Source: Dudresnaya verticillata
Taxonomy: Eukaryota
Reading direction: 5' to 3'
Assembly (NCBI GenBank): GCA_977862235.1
Contig: OZ374559.1
Location: forward strand, 2,356,001 to 2,420,000
Length of the DNA: 64,000 nucleotides
Shown: positions 58,332-64,000 of the stretch, piece after piece
Layout of the letters: each line of letters begins with the position of its first letter
How positions within the stretch are numbered: the stretch's first letter is position 1
Translations under genes and position numbers: made by a program
Notes under the pieces: model-generated
Database searches by the model: none
What the model saw: the letters and a program-made list of their open reading frames with translations, nothing else
What the model was told of the DNA's origin: nothing

Positions 58332-58780
58332 GGAAATGTAGCCTTTATTCTTAAAGACCCACTTCATTCAGAAATGAGTAATGCAAAGAAAGTCTATTTC
58401 TGCATTGTTTTGCCAGGTCTGCATGACCAGGATGGACGGTAACTTGTGAACTTAAAGTCTGTGTGAAAAGGAGCGGGTGGGTGGGAGAAAGGACGGAACT
58501 TACCACGGTAGATTGGTGGCTCTAGGACTGTTAATGTCCTTATATGGAGGCCTCGAACATTCTGCGTTGGTCCTGTTCTCGTTGGCTTGAGCGCATTCAT
58601 CCTGATGGCATATCGGGATTGCTCATACGATATATATAACAGAGTATCGACGAAAGTATCGTTGATAGCTTATGATCGATAAACCGTAGAACGATCGGCA
58701 TTGCTCTCTATCCTTAGTAGCACCTTTTCATTTCCGTACAGGCTTTACAGCACACGAAAACCCATAACGGAGAGGGCGTT

Positions 58781-59833
58781 TCAGGAACGCCTCGGAGCAC
58801 CTTGCGGGGGAGGTGCCGAGTTTGAAGGGATGAGGCACCGGAAATAATGGACCATTTTCTGTGTGAACTTCAGTCTTCCATCAAAATAAACGTTCGTGAC
58901 CATCCTGTCCGAGCTCCATTGGCCGCGCTGTACGACTACTGGAAGAGGAACCCCTGCCAGGATCTGGCTTGACACCGAACCACTACGCAAGCTGTGAGAT
59001 GCGTAGTAACAGTGTGGTGGGGGATGAACTTGGAGATTATGTAAAAGGCGACGTAATATGTTGGTAACATCCTGTGGGGATGGTACGGTTCCCTGATACG
59101 ACCAATACTGTTCCGTCAGTGGCGTGTTCAGTTGCAAATTAAAGTAACGGAGTTGCAAGGCTAGGGCATTATTGCTGCCTTCTCCATAACAGGTTAGAAT
59201 ATTTGCAGGAGCTCCCCTCACTGGTCTGCCTTTCATATTGCGAGCTCGGGCTGAGATAGTGAGTGCTGAGTTATCTGTGTCGTCTGATGGTGAACCGATC
59301 CACATTTCCACGTCTTCGCGCCGCAGTGTTCGGGCTGAGCTCTCCCGCCAAGACATGAGGAACTGGAACTCTACCAACGCCGCTTGATATTGGATCTCGG
59401 AACCGTCCTCTTCTAGTAGTCCCAAGGTACGGATTCGATATAATATTGAAGCCGGCAGTGCGGCACGGGTATCTTGCAGCTGACCTCTTGCGTCGTCAGC
59501 CCTAGCAAATGCACGGGAAAGATCCTTATGGGCCTGTCCTGTACAGGGATCAGCCAATTGGTGCCTCTGGTGTGTAGTTCTTATTGTAGATAGATAGTGT
59601 TGTAGGGAACTTGAGTGTACCCTACCTTCCTCATAAAGATAACCGATGTAGGCCAGTACTGTTCCAATGGACGCTGGAAGGGATTGGTGTCCTTCTAACT
59701 CACAGAAGCGTTTGAATTTTTCCCACTGGGAGGACTTAGTAGCATCGGTACTGTGGGCGATAGAATGCCGGGATAAGTCAAGTGATGCTCGTCCAGCTGG
59801 TGTATTGGGAAGTTGAGACCTGATAGATTCCAT
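58781..59833 (-). CDS. D3 tyrosine recombinase (catalytic residues intact; true start uncertain, frame open to 60538)
   Basis: SQWEKFKRFC, MSWRES, HSLRSG, RGQW, TNVYF. Confidence 0.88.
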   Translation of the reverse strand: MESIRSQLPNTPAGRASLDLSRHSIAHSTDATKSSQWEKFKRFCELEGHQSLPASIGTVLAYIGYLYEEGRVHSSSLQHYLSTIRTTHQRHQLADPCTGQAHKDLSRAFARADDARGQLQDTRAALPASILYRIRTLGLLEEDGSEIQYQAALVEFQFLMSWRESSARTLRREDVEMWIGSPSDDTDNSALTISARARNMKGRPVRGAPANILTCYGEGSNNALALQLRYFNLQLNTPLTEQYWSYQGTVPSPQDVTNILRRLLHNLQVHPPPHCYYASHSLRSGSVSSQILAGVPLPVVVQRGQWSSDRMVTNVYFDGRLKFTQKMVHYFRCLIPSNSAPPPQGAPRRS

Positions 59834-62006
59834 GATATACCCGGAGGCCGCACGCCGACCTCTGCCAGAATTAGAGACCAAGCTGGGTTGGGGTGATGGG
59901 TGCTGAACAATGGCCCCTGCGATGGTTTCAGCTTGCGTACCGAGAGAGTGATGCACTGTAAGAGCCGCCACCAGTTCGTCCCGGGCCAGAACGGGGCGAC
60001 CAAGATTCCATGTGCTTGCTCGCGCTTGATCTTCATTATGGTCGCTGAGAGCCATTGTGGAGGTGGGTTCCAGAGTCTGCTCCTCCCGTCCCCCCAACTC
60101 GCGTTGAATTGAGCGCGGATTGTCTTCATCCTGGCTGCGGGTGCGTCTCCCAAGGGCCAGTACCGGCGGACCTGCTGCAACTGGAGTGATGTGGTTAGCG
60201 ATCGCAAGATGGAGGGCGTAGCTCTCAGGTCGTGGGGATTCCACGTCCGACTCAGGCGGTCTGCCCATTTGTTCACTGCCGAGGGGAGCCATTCGGCCCT
60301 GATCTGGATTTTCATCCGTTCTAGAAGGTGGTTTAGCCTGCGGAGTTCGTCCATTAGTACCGGACTGGACGAAACCATGTTGGTGATAACTCTCAGGACG
60401 ACCTGGTTGTCTACGTGCAACAATATTCTTTTGTTGCATCCTGTTAGTACCGCCGATACTGCTGCGTCCTCTAGGGATTTTCTGACGGCCACTAGCTCTC
60501 GTAGGTTGATTGATTGTAATCGCCGGAACGGAGACCAAACGCCCTGCACCTCGATAGATCCTGGTGCCCCGGGTGTGAGGTCTCTCCCTAAAGTGCCCCC
60601 AAAACCGACATCTGCGGCGTGTAGCGAGTTTCGGAGTCGCAGCGTCGCGTCAGGAAAAAGAGCTCGAGCCTCCCGCTCGGAGGCTCGAACCTGCGACCTT
60701 TCACCCTGTGCTGGGCTACTCCACACGGCTCACAGACGACTAGACCAGATAGGTTCTAGTACGCTCTCTCCTTCCCGCTCGCAGAGCGGAAGGGTGTGCT
60801 TATAGCGCAGGGCGTTAAAGGCGTCGGTGTGCAGGTTCCACGAATCTCGGCCGCCGTACAGTAGGCGTCCGTCCCCCTGTAGCATTGTGCGCCAAGACCG
60901 TAAGTCCCTTAAGGATTGGTTTGACAATGACACGCGACGTCCCTTTCCAACCCCCCGTCGGGGGCGGTCTCGGAGGTCCGTATAAAGCGAGCTGGTAAAG
61001 CATCGGGCAAGGGGGACTGGAAGCAGCTGGGATACAGCTCTGCTCGTGAAGGAGACTAGGAGTGACTCGCTCACATATAGACGACCTGTAGTGCTCTGCT
61101 GTAGTAGTAGGGATGCCATTCCATGAATTGATTCCAGTTTCTGCGGTGTTATGTAGAAACGAAACGACTCGGTGTCTATTATCACTCCTAGATGTTCTAT
61201 TCGCGTGGCACCGGGGCCCCAAACCCCTTTTTCCGGATGGCGGAGCATCCCGAGCTTTGCAAAAAGGTTGTCGAGGATATGACAGATATGGCGACAGTAC
61301 TCGGGCGTGCTTGGACTGTCGTCGGTCCCAGGGGCTATGAGATAGTCGTCTATCCAGACCAAGACCCTTAGTCCCATCTTCTCTCTCATGTATCTCGTTA
61401 AAGGGCTCAGTATATGGCAGAACCAGTAAGGGCTGCGCGTCCACCCGAACGGGAGGGCTATACAGCGGTAGTACTGTCCGTTGTAACGGAAAATAAACCA
61501 ATCCCACATACGTGGATGTAGTCGAAAATGACGGTATCCAGACTTCCAGTCGAACGACAGCAAGCGGTCCCCCCGTACTAAGCAGGATGAAAACGAGCTC
61601 AGCGACTCCATCTGCACGGAACGCTTCCGCCAATGTTGACTCTGTTTTTTCAGATTGATAACGAAGCGAGGTTTCCCTTTTGCCATTCTACAAATGCAGA
61701 CGACACCAGCTTGCCTTGATTTACGCAGCGCTTGGCATATTTCGGACTGATGAGTTGATAATAGCCCAGCTCGCACCCTTGTTCGAGGTCCTTGGTTGCA
61801 AATTGAAGGTCCTCGGGTGACTGAGGTATTTGTGGAAGGATTAAGCCCTCGGTAAATGGAATATCCGCGGGATCGCAGATACCGTACTGTAGCAGGCGGA
61901 TGATGTAAGCTGTTGCTCCGATCATCTTCCACGCCAGGGATTTCTTCTGAATGTGGAACCAACGGCCCTGTGACCAGGACTGCATCGACGAGGAGGGCTC
62001 CACCAT
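59695..62006 (-). pseudogene. D3 RT-RNase H-MT, frameshift ~61680 and a solo-LTR insertion
   Basis: WIDD, LPFGW, HTDA|ADVGFGG split by the insert, INLRELVA, WNPPP. Confidence 0.9.
60620..60819. mobile_element. 200-bp solo LTR-like insertion
   Basis: Splits HTDA/ADVG; flanked by GGCG (60616-60619, 60820-60823); ends TGTAGCG..CGTTAAA, i.e. TG..CA with one change. Confidence 0.7.
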
Positions 62007-62029
62007 GATCGATGCGAGCGAATCCCTGT

Positions 62030-62629
62030 TTAGGATTCCTTGGATTTCGCGGAACTCCCTTTTGTCTCCGCGTTACCAACCTCCTGTTTAGCCAGTGATT
62101 TGGCTGTCTCGATAGTATACTTCGCAGATAATTCCTTAAACACAGAAGAATAGATTTCAGACGGAATCTGTTCCCGTTGTGCCACCACTTTTGTCTCGAC
62201 CAAGTCAGCCAGCTGTCGAGCAATTGCAGGGCCCTTCTCCAAAACAGTCTTGAAATGCGTCGTGCGCATCGCCAGCACCTCTTTGGCACCTTCCAAAGAC
62301 AGGAAAACAAGTTTAAAGAGACGTCCCTGTTTTGCAGCATCAGCCTCGACCTCAGCGAGGACAAACGCTTCGAGAGCCTGCTCGACCCAGGCGCCTGCTG
62401 CGTGGATGTACTCCAGCTCTTTGCCGTTGCGGCGGTCTTTGCGGTAGGTCTCGCGGTACAAGACTGTCTCTGGTTTAAAATAGCCTGTCTGATTAGGTTG
62501 TACGATCCCCGATCGGGGCCAAAGTGGTGCTCTTCCGGCGAGTTGAAGATCACTAAGGCGATTAATAACGTCAGTGTAATCAGTCGCCTCGGGACTGAGG
62601 AAGTGATCTGTTGGTAGAGCATTACTCAT
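62030..62629 (-). CDS. D3 ORF1 (gag-like, 199 aa)
   Basis: First ORF after A1; homologous to D0 and D1 ORF1. Confidence 0.82.
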   Translation of the reverse strand: MSNALPTDHFLSPEATDYTDVINRLSDLQLAGRAPLWPRSGIVQPNQTGYFKPETVLYRETYRKDRRNGKELEYIHAAGAWVEQALEAFVLAEVEADAAKQGRLFKLVFLSLEGAKEVLAMRTTHFKTVLEKGPAIARQLADLVETKVVAQREQIPSEIYSSVFKELSAKYTIETAKSLAKQEVGNAETKGSSAKSKES

Positions 62630-64000
62630 ATTCTGAAGGTTCACACTGTAAATGACCAGCGTCTCCTTTCGACTCAGAGAACAACTCTGAAGAGAAAGGA
62701 CGGAACTTACCACGGTAGATTGGTGGCTCTAGGACTGTTAATGTCCTTATATGGTGGCCTCGAACATTCTGCGTTGGTCCTGTTCTCGTTGGCTTGAGCG
62801 CATTCATCCTGATGGCATATCGGGATTGCTCATACGATATATATAACAGAGTATCGACGAAAGTATCGTTGATAGCTTATGATCGATAAACCGTAGAACG
62901 ATCGGCATTGCTCTCTATCCTTAGTAGTACCTTTTCTTTTCCGTACAGGCTTTACAGCACACGAAAAACTGAGCGTGCGAAGCTTGGTGCGTTTGAAAAG
63001 TGTTGAAACGCATTCTACTGAGGTTGATGGGTCGTATATATACAGGTTTTGGTTTGGGGACTACTCAGAATAGGGACATTGGGATAGCGATAGAATATTG
63101 ATAGCGGTTGCGATGCTGTTTCCTTATGGCACGGTTGGTATGCTATGAAGCGTTTGTAAGGCTTACAATGCGTATAATGCGTTCCCACGCGTGGCTCGAC
63201 GTCTTGAGGTGATTTGGTGCTGGGCACTGGAGCTGCCTCATTACCAGCTCTGTAAACTAAACACAACAGCGAATGTGAGGTGTTGTTGAAGATGTAATAA
63301 TAGACCACGTCCACCTCCAGAGTCAGTTGTTGTGAATATCATACCCCGCACGCAACATACACTCCTTGAATCGCCACAATGAACGCAATCGACCAAGTTG
63401 GACGGAAATGAAGCTTGGCTGCAGGACTGGCCGCAAATTGCAACACTGGGTGTGCCTCGAAATGGGCCTTAGTTGCCCGCACAGGACCACGTTAAACAAA
63501 ATAAACAATACAACCTGACAACGGTGACGAAGATCGAGAGTGCCGGTCAGGCAGTCCGGCACACCAGCAATGGCCTGGGCACTTGTTGTCGCGTTTTCCC
63601 ATAAGTCACAGCTCTCTGAATTTGTTGTCATTGCATAGGCCTCTGCACCTATTGCTTTCGGTAGGTACATTGCCGAGGCCGGAGGTTGGTTGGTCGTCGT
63701 CTACTAACACACGAGTTTGCCAGTAGATGGCCGCTAAAATACCCATTAGCTGAAGCCACCGCGGTACAGTAATTGGACAACGGGAGTTGTCTCTCCCATG
63801 AACCGCGTGGGAAACGATCATCGCGAAGGTGAAGAAGACGAAGAGAGCTTATTAGCCGAGGCAGCGAGGATGGGAAAAGTTGAGATACATACGTGCAGAT
63901 ATGTTTACATCGTCAAGTGAGTGAAGCGTTCAAGGAAATTATACATAGTAGGGCTCTCCAATCTGTGCGCACTCCTCGCCGCTGCCCTCGAGGCACGAAC

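Larger units (their letters stand above)
58332..62967 (-). mobile_element. D3: structurally complete DIRS-type element
   Basis: 276-bp direct repeats 58485-58760 and 62692-62967 (~3 mismatches); GAAAA at both junctions; empty site ATGAAAAACTGAG at 53091. Confidence 0.94.

Noticed and set aside
63255..64000. Possible minus-strand membrane-protein pseudogene
   Set aside because: Several stops and no recognisable motif; cannot be supported.

Overview
Eukaryotic, transposon-saturated region. A red alga is my guess from element types and intronless captured gene fragments; this is not proven. The host backbone is a ~2.7-kb unit present three times in tandem. Each copy carries an intronless gene for a secreted precursor with a hypervariable C-terminal Cys/Arg/Tyr-rich 32-33 aa core (5732-6145, 52619-53032, 57850-58266, all minus strand). 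The backbone is split by many insertions whose empty sites survive in the sister copies. (1) Four Gypsy-type LTR retrotransposons: G0 1-3146 (partial); G1 10838-24157; G2 32638-52012 (minus); G3 37362-50628, nested in G2. G0, G1 and G3 carry a large antisense accessory ORF. (2) Four families of DIRS-type tyrosine-recombinase retrotransposon (D0-D3), all on the minus strand, all joined at a (T)GAAA core, with an unusual A1-ORFs-A2-B end structure. (3) A 7.2-kb long-TIR element (25104-32263) carrying captured fragments of AIP1/WD40, GhrA-like dehydrogenase and glutamyl-tRNA reductase. (4) A 200-bp solo LTR. No rRNA, tRNA or CRISPR was seen. All counts are by eye and all family assignments are from motif recognition, not database searches.
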